Source: Elusimicrobiota bacterium
GTDB taxonomy: Bacteria; Elusimicrobiota; Elusimicrobia; UBA1565; UBA9628
DNA length: 64,000 nt
Reading direction: 5' to 3'
NCBI GenBank assembly: GCA_023249645.1
Contig: JAHFCF010000004.1
Span: 821-64,820 of the forward strand
Shown: piece after piece, positions 39,325-48,884 of the stretch
Position numbering within the stretch: position 1 is the first letter of the stretch
Layout: every line of letters begins with the position of its first letter
The notes under the pieces: generated by a model
Told to the model about the DNA's origin: nothing
Seen by the model: the letters and a program-made list of their open reading frames with translations, nothing else
Databases searched by the model: none
Translations under genes and position numbers: made by a program

Positions 39325-40352
39325 TTTTTCCTCCGGAGGAATGTCCACGTCAGTCCGACGGTGAGGAGAAGAAATCCGGCATAGACCAGCGGCACGCCAG
39401 GGTCCCGGCTGACCAGGAGGCTGGAATACTGGGGATTCTCGGGATCGTAGCCGGCTTGATAAAGGGTGTAGCCTCCCCAGCGCAGGGGCTGGTTGACCTC
39501 GATGGCGCGCCGCACGGCGACCCATCCGCCCTGGATGATGGCGACCTGGCTGTGGAACTGCTTGATCTTCCCGAAGGCGGGTTCGTAGGAGACTTGATAG
39601 CGGCTCTTGGCTTCTCCGTGGAAGTCAGGGAATCGGGCGAAGGCCCAGTGTTTTTCAGAGCCTTCACGGTCCGTGATCTCCAGGTGCAGGGCGGGATTCT
39701 GGGGCGCTGAGGAGCGCGTGGCCGGACCCTGGTTGTCGATGATGAAATCAGGGAAGTACTCTAAGACTTTGATCTGGATGGCTCCGGCGCGCAGCAGCGC
39801 CGTGGCGCCCGGCTGGACGTCGAACTTCTCGCTCCAACCCTCACGGCGGCTGGTCACGGTGAGGCTGTGCAGGCCGGAGTCATAGTACTCGATGCCGAAG
39901 TCCTCGAGCTTGACGGAGAAAGGCAGCCGGAAGCCCTGGGGGCCCTCGGTCATGTTCTTGCTTTCGCCCACGCTCAGGGGGAGGCTCCCGTGCAGGCCCA
40001 GGATCGCGCTGAGCATCCCTCCGATGAGGATCGTCAAGACCGCCAGGTGGGTCAAGAGCACGTCGAGGCGCAATCGCACACCGCGCGTAAGGAGAACGCC
40101 GTCGCGCGGTGCCTGGCCCTTTCCATACAGCCAGGCATGGATCTGGCGCTGCCAGGTGCAGAGGGTCAGGTTGATCCCCAAGAGGCCCAGGAGAGCCGTG
40201 AAGAGGAGGGAATGGTAGATGTCTATTTTGGGGAGCAGGGTCCCTGCCACGCAGAGGAGGAGCAAGGCGAGCAGGAGTCCATAAAGGAAGGGGGGTGAAG
40301 CCAGAAAGTCCAAGGCTTTGGAGACAGTGCCTTCCTTATTGTGATGGGTCAT
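39321..40352 (-). CDS. ccsB: Cytochrome c biogenesis protein CcsB/ResB (system II)
   Basis: 343 aa, N-terminal TM helices, large periplasmic domain, C-terminal TM; partnered with ccsA. Confidence 0.85.
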   Translation of the reverse strand: MTHHNKEGTVSKALDFLASPPFLYGLLLALLLLCVAGTLLPKIDIYHSLLFTALLGLLGINLTLCTWQRQIHAWLYGKGQAPRDGVLLTRGVRLRLDVLLTHLAVLTILIGGMLSAILGLHGSLPLSVGESKNMTEGPQGFRLPFSVKLEDFGIEYYDSGLHSLTVTSRREGWSEKFDVQPGATALLRAGAIQIKVLEYFPDFIIDNQGPATRSSAPQNPALHLEITDREGSEKHWAFARFPDFHGEAKSRYQVSYEPAFGKIKQFHSQVAIIQGGWVAVRRAIEVNQPLRWGGYTLYQAGYDPENPQYSSLLVSRDPGVPLVYAGFLLLTVGLTWTFLRRKK

Positions 40353-42195
40353 GTCGTTTCTGGTGTTCTAGCCGGGTCTTGCCGGTTATCCAGGCCCAGC
40401 TCATGGGGTAGACTTCGGGGTCGAAGATGGTCCAGTAGAGGTGCCAGACCAGGATGGCCAGGCAGGCGAGGACAGCTTCCATGAAGTGGATCAGCAGGCA
40501 TAGATCGATGAACCATTTGGACAGGAACCTCAGCGACAGCTCACGCCACCAGGCCACGCCGCCGGTGACAATCATGATGCCGCTGCCCCACATCAGGGCC
40601 CAGTATTCGGCCTTCTCGATGTAGTTGAAGCGGTCGAATTTTGGCGGGCCGCCGCGATGTAAGAGATTGTACCGCTGCAGTTGCAGAAAGTCCAGGAAGT
40701 CGCGCCAGCGCGGAGAGAGGGCCTTGAGCTCTCGGCGTCCTTCCGGGGTGGCCGTGAGCCAGTAGAGGTGATAGGCGCCCAACGTGAGGAAGATCACGGC
40801 GAAGAGGCGGTGCAGGAAGGCGCGCTGAGCCGCGCCCGCGGCGCCATGGAAGACAGCCTGAGCCCAGAAGGCTTCTGGGTATGTATGGCAGAATCCCGTG
40901 TAGGCCAGTCCGATGAACGAGACGAGAAGGATGAGATGCTGTATCCGCTCATTGCGGCTCATCCGCAGTTCCTTGGGATCGTGCGCGTGATCGGGGCCGA
41001 GGAGGAGTTTGCGCTTGTGGTCCAGAAAATTATGGAGGAGCATGCCGCCGATGGTCGCCAGGATGAGCCAGATGTAGATCTTGCGGACGGTCTGAAGCAC
41101 CGTCTCGCGGATGTCGCGCGAGGTCGTGGAGAAGGTCATGTGGACCTTCCCCAGATGGACCAGCTCTCCGGCGCGGCTGTGGCAGGCGCCGCAGGTTTTC
41201 TGGAGGTTCGCGGGATTGACCGATGAATCGGGGTCCGAGGAGGGCAGGATGTCATGATAGCGGTGGCAGGAGGCGCAGTTGGCTGAGGCCAGGTTGCCGG
41301 CCACGAAGGCTACTCCGTGGTAGCTGTCCAGGTAGGTCCGGGCGGGGTCGAGGGGCATGCCAAATTTGGCGATGAGCAGTTCCGAGCCGTGGCAGGCGCT
41401 GCAGGTCTTGACGATGGAGCCGGTGTAGACCATGGAACCGGGCTCCTTGTGGGCCGTGATGTTGTGCTCTCCGTGGCAATTCGTGCAGACCGGCGCGTCC
41501 TTGACCCCGGATGCGGACTTCACCCCGTGGATGGAGCGTGAATAAGCAGCCAGAGCTTTCGGGTGGCAGCGGCCGCAGGTTTGGGGGATGTTGAACTTGT
41601 AGGCGCGGCTTCGGGAGTTGTTGGAGAAGTTGAGATCATGCGCGCCGTGGCAGTCGATGCAGACCGCGGCCTTGGAATCTTGGTGTTCCAGCATGGCTTT
41701 CCCATGCACGCTCGCCGTGTAGGTGGAGAAAGGCTCTAGGCCGAACTTCCCTTTGAAGTCGAGCTTCTGGTGACAGCGGTTGCAGGTCATCGGGATGCGG
41801 GAGCGGGAGACCGGAGAGGATGGACCGGAGGTGCGGCTCATTTCATGAGGCGGGCCATGACAGGCGGCGCAGAGGGCGGCGCCCTTGTGGGTTTTTGCTA
41901 AGAGCTTGCCGTGGTCCGAGGAGTGGAGGACTTGCGATATTTTTTGGTGGCAGGCCTCGCAGGAGACCGGCGGTGCCTTGGGATCGTGGGGGACTTCCTC
42001 CTTGCCGGCGTGGCAGGAACTGCAGCCCAGGTCCTTGTGCACTGACTTTTGGAAGCGGGCCGCGTGTATCTGGGGCGCGCCGCTGGCGCGATCGGCATGG
42101 CAGGCCAGGCAGGACGCGTCATCTCCGGCCCATGCCGTGGTCGCGGCCCAGAGCATCCAGGCCACGGCGGAGCAGAACCGCGCCGGGGTCCTCAT
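40336..42195 (-). CDS. Fusion of an 11-heme periplasmic cytochrome c domain with a C-terminal HydC/FdnI-like di-heme cytochrome b membrane domain (CbcL-like quinol oxidoreductase)
   Basis: Signal peptide (MRTPARFCSAVAWMLWAATTAWA), 11 CxxCH, then 4-5 TM helices with conserved His (Ni/Fe-hydrogenase b-type cytochrome subunit-like); ATGA overlap with upstream regulator gene. Confidence 0.8.
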   Translation of the reverse strand: MRTPARFCSAVAWMLWAATTAWAGDDASCLACHADRASGAPQIHAARFQKSVHKDLGCSSCHAGKEEVPHDPKAPPVSCEACHQKISQVLHSSDHGKLLAKTHKGAALCAACHGPPHEMSRTSGPSSPVSRSRIPMTCNRCHQKLDFKGKFGLEPFSTYTASVHGKAMLEHQDSKAAVCIDCHGAHDLNFSNNSRSRAYKFNIPQTCGRCHPKALAAYSRSIHGVKSASGVKDAPVCTNCHGEHNITAHKEPGSMVYTGSIVKTCSACHGSELLIAKFGMPLDPARTYLDSYHGVAFVAGNLASANCASCHRYHDILPSSDPDSSVNPANLQKTCGACHSRAGELVHLGKVHMTFSTTSRDIRETVLQTVRKIYIWLILATIGGMLLHNFLDHKRKLLLGPDHAHDPKELRMSRNERIQHLILLVSFIGLAYTGFCHTYPEAFWAQAVFHGAAGAAQRAFLHRLFAVIFLTLGAYHLYWLTATPEGRRELKALSPRWRDFLDFLQLQRYNLLHRGGPPKFDRFNYIEKAEYWALMWGSGIMIVTGGVAWWRELSLRFLSKWFIDLCLLIHFMEAVLACLAILVWHLYWTIFDPEVYPMSWAWITGKTRLEHQKRHDPSQ

Positions 42196-42944
42196 TGGGG
42201 AGACTGTTCGAGGGAGATGTTTTCGAGGGCGGTCCGGTTGCGGACTTCGATGGCCTTTCCCGTGAGACGGATGAGGCCCCGGTTCTGGAAAGAGGAGAGG
42301 GTGCGGATCACGGTCTCCGGAGAGAGTCCGAGATTCTCCGCGATGTCCCGACGGCTGTAATGGAAATGGCCATGGCAAGGCAGGGCGGCCGCCGGCGCGG
42401 GCGGGGTGCGCAGCGAGATGAGGAAGTTCGCCAACCGGGCTTCGGCCGAGCGAAAGGCGAAACTAAAGACCCGGTCCATGCTCTGGCACATGTAGCGGCT
42501 GACCCGGCGCAGGAGCCGTTTGGGAAGCTCCGGCTCATGGGAGGCTAGGTAGTCCACGAGTTCGCGCGGCAGGAAGCAGACCACGGATTCGCGCATGGTT
42601 TCCGCCGAGGCGCAATAGGACTGTATGCCCAGGAAAGGAGCCTCGCCCACCAGGTCGCCGCAGGAGTGATACATGAGCGTCAGTTCGCGTCCGCGCTGGT
42701 CGGATTTGGTGATCTTGACGTCGCCGACGCAGAGGATGAAGATGCCTTGGGGCGTCTCGCCCTCCTGAAAGATGAACTGATGGGTCTTGTAGCGTCGCAT
42801 TTGGCGTTGGGTCCGGAAGTGTTTCATGGATTCGGGCGACAGAAAGTTGAAGAAGCAGCGCTTGCGGCAGTCGCAGTCGCGGCAATGCTCGGCCGGCTGG
42901 AAGGGACAGGACAGGGGAGATGTGGGGGTTCTTTTGTATCCCAT
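42192..42944 (-). CDS. Crp/Fnr-family transcriptional regulator with N-terminal Cys cluster (Fnr-like), paralog 2
   Basis: N-terminal CPFQPAEHCRDCDCRKRC, cNMP-binding-like core, C-terminal HTH (SRRDIAENLGLSPETVIRTL); stop overlaps start of CbcL-like gene. Confidence 0.8.
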   Translation of the reverse strand: MGYKRTPTSPLSCPFQPAEHCRDCDCRKRCFFNFLSPESMKHFRTQRQMRRYKTHQFIFQEGETPQGIFILCVGDVKITKSDQRGRELTLMYHSCGDLVGEAPFLGIQSYCASAETMRESVVCFLPRELVDYLASHEPELPKRLLRRVSRYMCQSMDRVFSFAFRSAEARLANFLISLRTPPAPAAALPCHGHFHYSRRDIAENLGLSPETVIRTLSSFQNRGLIRLTGKAIEVRNRTALENISLEQSPQ

Positions 42945-42969
42945 GCGGTCGCAATGATCCTTAATCAGA

Positions 42970-43842
42970 TTACAATATTTTTATGAGGTGGCGCAGGAAG
43001 GCGTTCGTGGCTTTGTCGTTGCGGTGCGCCTTGCGCACCAGGACTCCCAGGGGCCGGGACAGCTTCTGGTCGGCGAAGCGGCGCAGGCAGAGGCGATGGT
43101 CGTCGGCCACGGTCGGTTCAGGGACGATGGAGACGCCCATGCCGCTGGAGACCGCGCTTTTGATGGTCTCGATGTTGTCGAGCTCCAGGCGGAGCTTGGG
43201 GTGCGCGCCTTTTTTGCGAAGGATCCGGTCGATGGCCTTGCGCGTGGGCGTGCCGCGGTCGAAGGCGATGAAGTCGACTCCCGAGAGATCGCTCAGATTC
43301 AGCTCCGCCCGGCGGGCCAGGGGATGGCTGCGGGGCAGGATGAGGACGAGCTCTTCATCGCCGAGGGAGATGATCTCCAGATTCCGGCGCTTGACGGGAT
43401 AGGCCATGATGCTCAGGTCGCAGTGTCCGCGCAGGATGTCGTCGCAGATGCGGCTGGCCTTCTGGTAGTCGACCTCCACCTTGACCTCGGGATGGCTCTT
43501 GAGGAAATCCCGCAGGTAGCGCTGCAGGACATAGGGGCCCACGCTGTAGATGGCCGCGATGCGCAGCTTCTGCGCGGAGTCGGGCGCGATGGATCGCATG
43601 CGGGCGGTCATCTTCTCGTAGTCGGCCACCAGGCGTTTGGCCGTGCGGAAGAAGATCTTTCCGGCGGGGGTGAGCTTCAGATGCCGGCTGGTCCGGTCCA
43701 GGAGCGGACGGCCGAGGGACCTCTCGAGGTTCTTGAGCTGCTGGCTGACCGCGGACTGGGTGAGATAATTGAGCTGCGCCGCTTTGGAGAATGTCCCGGT
43801 CTCGATGAGATCACGGAAGATGCGCAGGCTTTCCAGATGCAT
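42970..43842 (-). CDS. LysR-family transcriptional regulator
   Basis: N-terminal HTH (LRIFRDLIETGTFSKAAQLNYLTQSAVSQQLKNLE) + substrate-binding domain; divergent from hdrC. Confidence 0.85.
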   Translation of the reverse strand: MHLESLRIFRDLIETGTFSKAAQLNYLTQSAVSQQLKNLERSLGRPLLDRTSRHLKLTPAGKIFFRTAKRLVADYEKMTARMRSIAPDSAQKLRIAAIYSVGPYVLQRYLRDFLKSHPEVKVEVDYQKASRICDDILRGHCDLSIMAYPVKRRNLEIISLGDEELVLILPRSHPLARRAELNLSDLSGVDFIAFDRGTPTRKAIDRILRKKGAHPKLRLELDNIETIKSAVSSGMGVSIVPEPTVADDHRLCLRRFADQKLSRPLGVLVRKAHRNDKATNAFLRHLIKIL

Positions 43843-43956
43843 GCAGGACAGTATACTAAAACTATTAGAAAGCCTTATAGAGGCATAAGGAGAAATCGTT
43901 AACGGCCGCAGGTGAGCGCATGATATGATGGACGCGACGCTGAGGAGGATCCTTCC

Positions 43957-44550
43957 ATGGCCCTGGAACAGACGATCAAATACGAGGCGGAGCGCGACAG
44001 GGATTTCGCCCGATGGGTGATGGACCAGAGCGGCGGAGACAACCTGCGGCACTGCATCCAGTGCGGGATCTGCAGCGCCACCTGTCCGTTATCCTTGTAT
44101 ATGGACTACACCCCGCGCCGTCTCATCAACCTGGCTCGGGAGGGCTTCAAGCAGGAGGTCTTAAGCTCGTTTACGATCTGGCTGTGCGCCAGCTGCTATG
44201 CCTGCCGGGTGGAGTGCCCCAAGAAGATCCAGGTGACGGACATCATGTACGCCTTGAAGCGCCGGGCCATCCAGGATGGCGTCTATCCGCGGCGCTTCCC
44301 CATCCCGGTGCTGGCGCGCGAGTTCGGGCGCATGATCTTCCTCTTCGGCCGCGTGAGCGAGACCCTGCTCGTCATCGACCTCTTCTTGCGCACCAGCTGG
44401 TTCAAGTTCCTGAGCATGACCGGCCTGGGCATGGACCTGCTGCGGACCGGCCGCATGTCGTTCCTTCCGGAGCGCATCCAGCGCCGCGCCGAGCTGCGCC
44501 AGGTCCTCGATGCTCTGGATGCCGAGGAGAAGAAGGAGGCGTCCCGATGA
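43957..44550 (+). CDS. hdrC: Heterodisulfide reductase subunit C-like (2x[4Fe-4S])
   Basis: CIQCGICSATCP and CASCYACRVECP ferredoxin motifs, 197 aa. Confidence 0.85.
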   Translation: MALEQTIKYEAERDRDFARWVMDQSGGDNLRHCIQCGICSATCPLSLYMDYTPRRLINLAREGFKQEVLSSFTIWLCASCYACRVECPKKIQVTDIMYALKRRAIQDGVYPRRFPIPVLAREFGRMIFLFGRVSETLLVIDLFLRTSWFKFLSMTGLGMDLLRTGRMSFLPERIQRRAELRQVLDALDAEEKKEASR

Positions 44551-45407
44551 GATATCTCTATTTTCCGGGCTGTTCTTTGAAGGGCACGGGCAGAGCCTAT
44601 GAAGAATCCCTGCTGGCGGTGTTCGGGGCCTTGGGCGTCGAACTCCAGGAGATCGACGATTGGAACTGCTGCGGCGCCACGGCCTACATGTCCGTGGACG
44701 AGACCAAGTCTTATGCCCTGGCCGGCCGCAACCTGGCATTGGCCGAGCGCGAGGACCTCGATGTGATCGCGCCTTGCAGCGCCTGCTACCTGGTCCTCAA
44801 TAAGACCCAGAAAGGACTCGCCGAGCACCCCGAGCTTCATCGCAAGGTGGTCAAGGCTCTGAAAGCCGGCGGGTTGGACTACAAGGGAACGGTCAGGGTC
44901 CGGCATCCTCTCGATGTTCTGGTCAATGACGTGGGCTTGGACAAGATCGCCGCGCTGATCAAGAACCCGATGAAGGGACATCGGTTCGCGACCTATTACG
45001 GCTGCCAGATCGTGCGGCCCTATGCGACTTTCGACGATCAGGACGATCCCATGACCATGGAGAAACTTCTCAAGGCTGCGGGCGCCGAATGCGTGAGTTA
45101 TCCCTTGAAGACCCGCTGCTGCGGCGGCAGCCTCACGGGGACGCTCCCCGAAGTGGGGCTGCGGCTGGCCTACATCCTCATTAAGGAAGCCAAGAAGCGC
45201 GGAGCCGAGGCGATCGTCACGGTCTGTCCGCTCTGCCAGTTCAATCTGGACGGCACCCAGGGACAGATCGCCAAGAAGTATGAGCGGGTCGATCTGCCCA
45301 TCGTCTATTTCACCCAGATCCTGGGGTTGGCTATGGGGATCTCCGCTTCAGAGCTGGGTCTCACGCGCGGGATCATCCCCGCCCAAGCCGTCCTGGCCGG
45401 GAGGTAA
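44547..45407 (+). CDS. hdrB: Heterodisulfide reductase subunit B-like (CCG domains)
   Basis: MRYLYFPGCSL..., two Cys-rich CCG-type domains (CCG, CPLCQFN); ATGA overlap with hdrC. Confidence 0.85.
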   Translation: MRYLYFPGCSLKGTGRAYEESLLAVFGALGVELQEIDDWNCCGATAYMSVDETKSYALAGRNLALAEREDLDVIAPCSACYLVLNKTQKGLAEHPELHRKVVKALKAGGLDYKGTVRVRHPLDVLVNDVGLDKIAALIKNPMKGHRFATYYGCQIVRPYATFDDQDDPMTMEKLLKAAGAECVSYPLKTRCCGGSLTGTLPEVGLRLAYILIKEAKKRGAEAIVTVCPLCQFNLDGTQGQIAKKYERVDLPIVYFTQILGLAMGISASELGLTRGIIPAQAVLAGR

Positions 45408-45410
45408 GCC

Positions 45411-47408
45411 ATGGAACATCCCCAAGAGAAGAACGGTCGGCCCCGCATCGGTTTCTACATCTGCCATTGCGGCTCCAACATCGCCAGCATGATCGACGTG
45501 GCTGAGGTCCAGCAATACATCGCCGCGCTCCCTGGCGTGAAAGTATCGCGCGATTACAAATATATGTGCTCGGATCCGGGCCAGGAGATGATCGCCCAGG
45601 ACATCCGCGAGCACAAGCTCGAACGCCTTGTCGTGGCCGCCTGCTCGCCGAACCTGCATGAGGAGACCTTCCGCAAGGCCGCGGTCAAGGGCGGTCTCAA
45701 TGCTTTCTATTTCCAGATGGTCAACATCCGCGAGCACGCCGCCTGGGTACACACGGATAGGAGATCCGCGACGGAAAAAACCAAGGATCTGGCCCGCGCC
45801 GCGGTCTATCGGGTGCACTTTCACAAGGCGCTCGAAAAGCGGCAGGTTCCGGTCAGCCCTGAGGTGCTTGTGGTGGGGGGAGGGATCGCCGGCATCCACG
45901 CGGCCCTGACCCTGGCCAACGCGGGCAAGAAGGTGACCTTGGTCGAGCGCGAGGCCACCATCGGCGGACACATGGCGATGTTCGACAAGACCTTCCCGAC
46001 TTTGGACTGCGCGGCCTGCATCCTCACGCCTAAGATGTCGGCGGTCAAGTCGCATCCAAACATCACGCTCTGGACCTATTCCGAGGTGGTCCAGGTGGAA
46101 GGATATGTCGGCAACTACAAGGTCACGGTCAAGCGAAAGCCGCGCTATATCAAGGAAGACCTCTGCGTCGGATGCATGGAGTGCATCGACGCCTGCGTGT
46201 TCAAGGAACCGAAGTTCTCCGACAAGTTCAACCAGGGCCTGGGCAAGCGCAAGCCCATCTACATCGACTTCCCACAGGCCACTCCCAAGGTCGTGCTGAT
46301 CGATCCGCAGACCTGCATCCAGTTCAAGACCGGCAAGTGCAAGAAGACCTGTGTTGAGTCATGCGACCGCGAGGCCATCGACTTTGCTCAGAAGGAGGAG
46401 ATGCGGGAGCTCCAGGTCGGCGCCATCGTGCTGGCCACGGGCTTTAAGACTTTCGACGCCAAGCGCGAGCCGCATTACGGCTACGGCCGCTACCCCGGCG
46501 TCTTCACGGCGCTCGAGATCGAGCGGCTGGTCAACGCCTCGGGCCCTACGGCCGGTGAGGTTGTTGGCAGAGATGGGAAGCACCCTCGGGCCGTGGGGAT
46601 CATCCACTGCGTGGGCTCGCGCGACGAGAAGACGAACAAGTGGTGCTCGCGGGTCTGCTGCATGTACTCCTTGAAGCTCGCGCACCTCATCCAGGAGCAT
46701 TCCGGCGCCGAGGTCTACAACTTCTACATCGACATGCGCGCGCCAGGCAAGGCTTATGAGGAATTCTACGACAAGCTCCTTGCCGAGGGCGTCCATTTCG
46801 TGCGCGGCCGCGTGGCCGAGGTCACGGACTGGGCCATGACTCCTGAAGAGGAGGGCCGACTCGTCCTGCGCGTGGAAGACACCTTGGCCGGCTTCGTGCG
46901 CCGCATCCCGGTCGACATGGTGGTCCTCTCCACGGGCCTCGAGCCCCAGGCGGACGCCCAGGCGGTCCGCCGTTGCTTCAACATCGGCTGCGGCAGCGAG
47001 GGCTTCTTTCAGGAGCGTCATCCCAAGCTCGCCCCGGTCAATACCTTCACGGACGGCATCTTCATCGCGGGCGCTTGCCAGGCGCCCAAGGACATCCCGG
47101 ACACCGTGGCCCAGGCCGGGGCCGCGGCGGCCGAGGCTCTGGTCCTCATCGATTCAGGCCATGTGGAGCTCGAGCCCAACACCTCGTACGTGGTGGAGGA
47201 GGAGTGCAGCGGCTGCAAATCCTGCGTGCCGCTGTGTCCCTACACCGCCATCTCCTTCGATGGGGAGAAGAAGAAGGCCATGATCAACGAGGTGCTCTGC
47301 AAGGGCTGCGGGGTCTGTGTCGCGGCCTGCCCGTCAGGCTCGATCAGGCAGAATCTGTTCGATGACGATGAGATCTTCAGCGAGATCGAGGGGGTCATGG
47401 CGAAATGA
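45411..47408 (+). CDS. hdrA: Heterodisulfide reductase subunit A (FAD, multiple FeS)
   Basis: 665 aa, VVGGGIAGIHAAL FAD motif, multiple CxxCxxCxxxCP clusters, N-terminal CHCGSN. Confidence 0.9.
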   Translation: MEHPQEKNGRPRIGFYICHCGSNIASMIDVAEVQQYIAALPGVKVSRDYKYMCSDPGQEMIAQDIREHKLERLVVAACSPNLHEETFRKAAVKGGLNAFYFQMVNIREHAAWVHTDRRSATEKTKDLARAAVYRVHFHKALEKRQVPVSPEVLVVGGGIAGIHAALTLANAGKKVTLVEREATIGGHMAMFDKTFPTLDCAACILTPKMSAVKSHPNITLWTYSEVVQVEGYVGNYKVTVKRKPRYIKEDLCVGCMECIDACVFKEPKFSDKFNQGLGKRKPIYIDFPQATPKVVLIDPQTCIQFKTGKCKKTCVESCDREAIDFAQKEEMRELQVGAIVLATGFKTFDAKREPHYGYGRYPGVFTALEIERLVNASGPTAGEVVGRDGKHPRAVGIIHCVGSRDEKTNKWCSRVCCMYSLKLAHLIQEHSGAEVYNFYIDMRAPGKAYEEFYDKLLAEGVHFVRGRVAEVTDWAMTPEEEGRLVLRVEDTLAGFVRRIPVDMVVLSTGLEPQADAQAVRRCFNIGCGSEGFFQERHPKLAPVNTFTDGIFIAGACQAPKDIPDTVAQAGAAAAEALVLIDSGHVELEPNTSYVVEEECSGCKSCVPLCPYTAISFDGEKKKAMINEVLCKGCGVCVAACPSGSIRQNLFDDDEIFSEIEGVMAK

Positions 47409-47920
47409 ATAAGAATTCAGAGTCCGTGCCTTCCGGGAAAGGAGAAAGTCTTCCCTCCAGGCACGGCGGGCCCATGCCCGCCGAGCCTAAGATCGTGGCG
47501 TTCTTCTGCAACTGGTGCACGTACACGGCCGCGGACCTGGCCGGCGTCTCGCGCCTGAAATACGCCCCCAATGTCCGCGTGATCAGGGTCATGTGCTCGG
47601 GCCGGGTGGACCCTCAGTTCGTCTTGGACGCCTTTGCGCGCGGGGCTGACGGGGTCCTGCTGGGCGGCTGCCATCCCGGCGACTGCCACTATGCGGAGGG
47701 CAACTACAAGACCCTTCGCCGTATGCGCATGTTGGCCCGCATGCTCAAGGACATGGGCATCCATGACGGCCGCTTCCGCCTGGAGTGGATCTCCGGAGCT
47801 GAGGGCGACAAGGTCAAGGCCGTGGTCAATGACATGACGGCCAAGGTGCGCGCCCTGGGTCCATTGAACATGCCCGATAGATTCAAGGAATGGGACAAGG
47901 AGATGGTCCATGCCCGATAA
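47405..47920 (+). CDS. mvhD: Methyl-viologen-reducing hydrogenase delta subunit (MvhD)
   Basis: IVAFFCNWCTYTAADLAG...MCSGRVDP...GGCHPGDCHY MvhD-family Cys pattern. Confidence 0.85.
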   Translation: MNKNSESVPSGKGESLPSRHGGPMPAEPKIVAFFCNWCTYTAADLAGVSRLKYAPNVRVIRVMCSGRVDPQFVLDAFARGADGVLLGGCHPGDCHYAEGNYKTLRRMRMLARMLKDMGIHDGRFRLEWISGAEGDKVKAVVNDMTAKVRALGPLNMPDRFKEWDKEMVHAR

Positions 47921-48875
47921 ACCCAAGGTCGCTTTTTACTGGTGCGCGTCCTGCGGAGGCTGCGAGGAGGCGGTCGTGGACCTGGCCGAGGACATCCTCA
48001 AGGTCGTGGAGGCCGTGGACATCGTTCTCTGGCCCGTGGCCATGGACTTCAAGAAGACCGACGTGGAAGCCCGGTCGGACAAATCCATCGTGGCCGCCTT
48101 CATCAACGGTGCGATCCGCACCTCCGAGCAGGAGGAGTGGGTGCGCCTTCTGCGCCGCAAGTCCCAGGTCGTGGTCTCTTTCGGCGCCTGCGCCAACTCC
48201 GGCGGCATCCCGGCTTTGGCCAATCAGTTCAAGAAGGAGGATATCCTCAAGTTCGTTTATGAAGATGCCCCTGGCATCGATAATCCCAAGAAAACCAGAC
48301 CGCAGCTTGAGAGCCAGGATGAGGGCCGCACCCTGACCCTGCCTGAGTTGCGCGCCATGGTCCGTTCTTTGGACCAGGTCATCGACGTGGACTATTACCT
48401 GCCCGGCTGTCCGCCGACCCCGAAGATCATCATGGCCGCGGTCGGAGCTTTGCTCTCCGGCAAGCTTCCCACCCGCGGGGCGGTACTTTCGCCGGATGTG
48501 GCGCTCTGCGAGGAGTGCCCCCGCAAGGATTCTAAGCCGGCCGACCTGGCTTTGACCGAGTTCAAACGGCCGCATCAGGTCCAGATCGATCCTGAAAAGT
48601 GCCTCTTGGCTCAGGGCCTAATCTGCATGGGCCCGGCGACCCGCGGCGGCTGCGAGGCGCTCTGCCCCGCGGGAAACATGGCCTGCACCGGCTGCTTCGG
48701 ACCGACCTCTCGGGTCAAGGACCAGGGGGCCAAGTTCGTCTCCTCGGTCTTCTCCAACATCGTGTCCAAAGAAGAAAAGGAGATCGACTCGGTCTTGGAC
48801 GGCATCCCGGACCCCATCGGGACCTTCTACCGTTACGGCCTCTCCAAGTGCCTCTTGCGGCGCAAGCTGAATTAG
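47910..48875 (+). CDS. mvhG: [NiFe] hydrogenase small subunit (MvhG-like)
   Basis: WCASCGGCEE proximal-cluster motif, GACANSGG, multiple distal FeS Cys. Confidence 0.8.
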   Translation: MPDKPKVAFYWCASCGGCEEAVVDLAEDILKVVEAVDIVLWPVAMDFKKTDVEARSDKSIVAAFINGAIRTSEQEEWVRLLRRKSQVVVSFGACANSGGIPALANQFKKEDILKFVYEDAPGIDNPKKTRPQLESQDEGRTLTLPELRAMVRSLDQVIDVDYYLPGCPPTPKIIMAAVGALLSGKLPTRGAVLSPDVALCEECPRKDSKPADLALTEFKRPHQVQIDPEKCLLAQGLICMGPATRGGCEALCPAGNMACTGCFGPTSRVKDQGAKFVSSVFSNIVSKEEKEIDSVLDGIPDPIGTFYRYGLSKCLLRRKLN

Positions 48876-48884
48876 GAGCCCATC

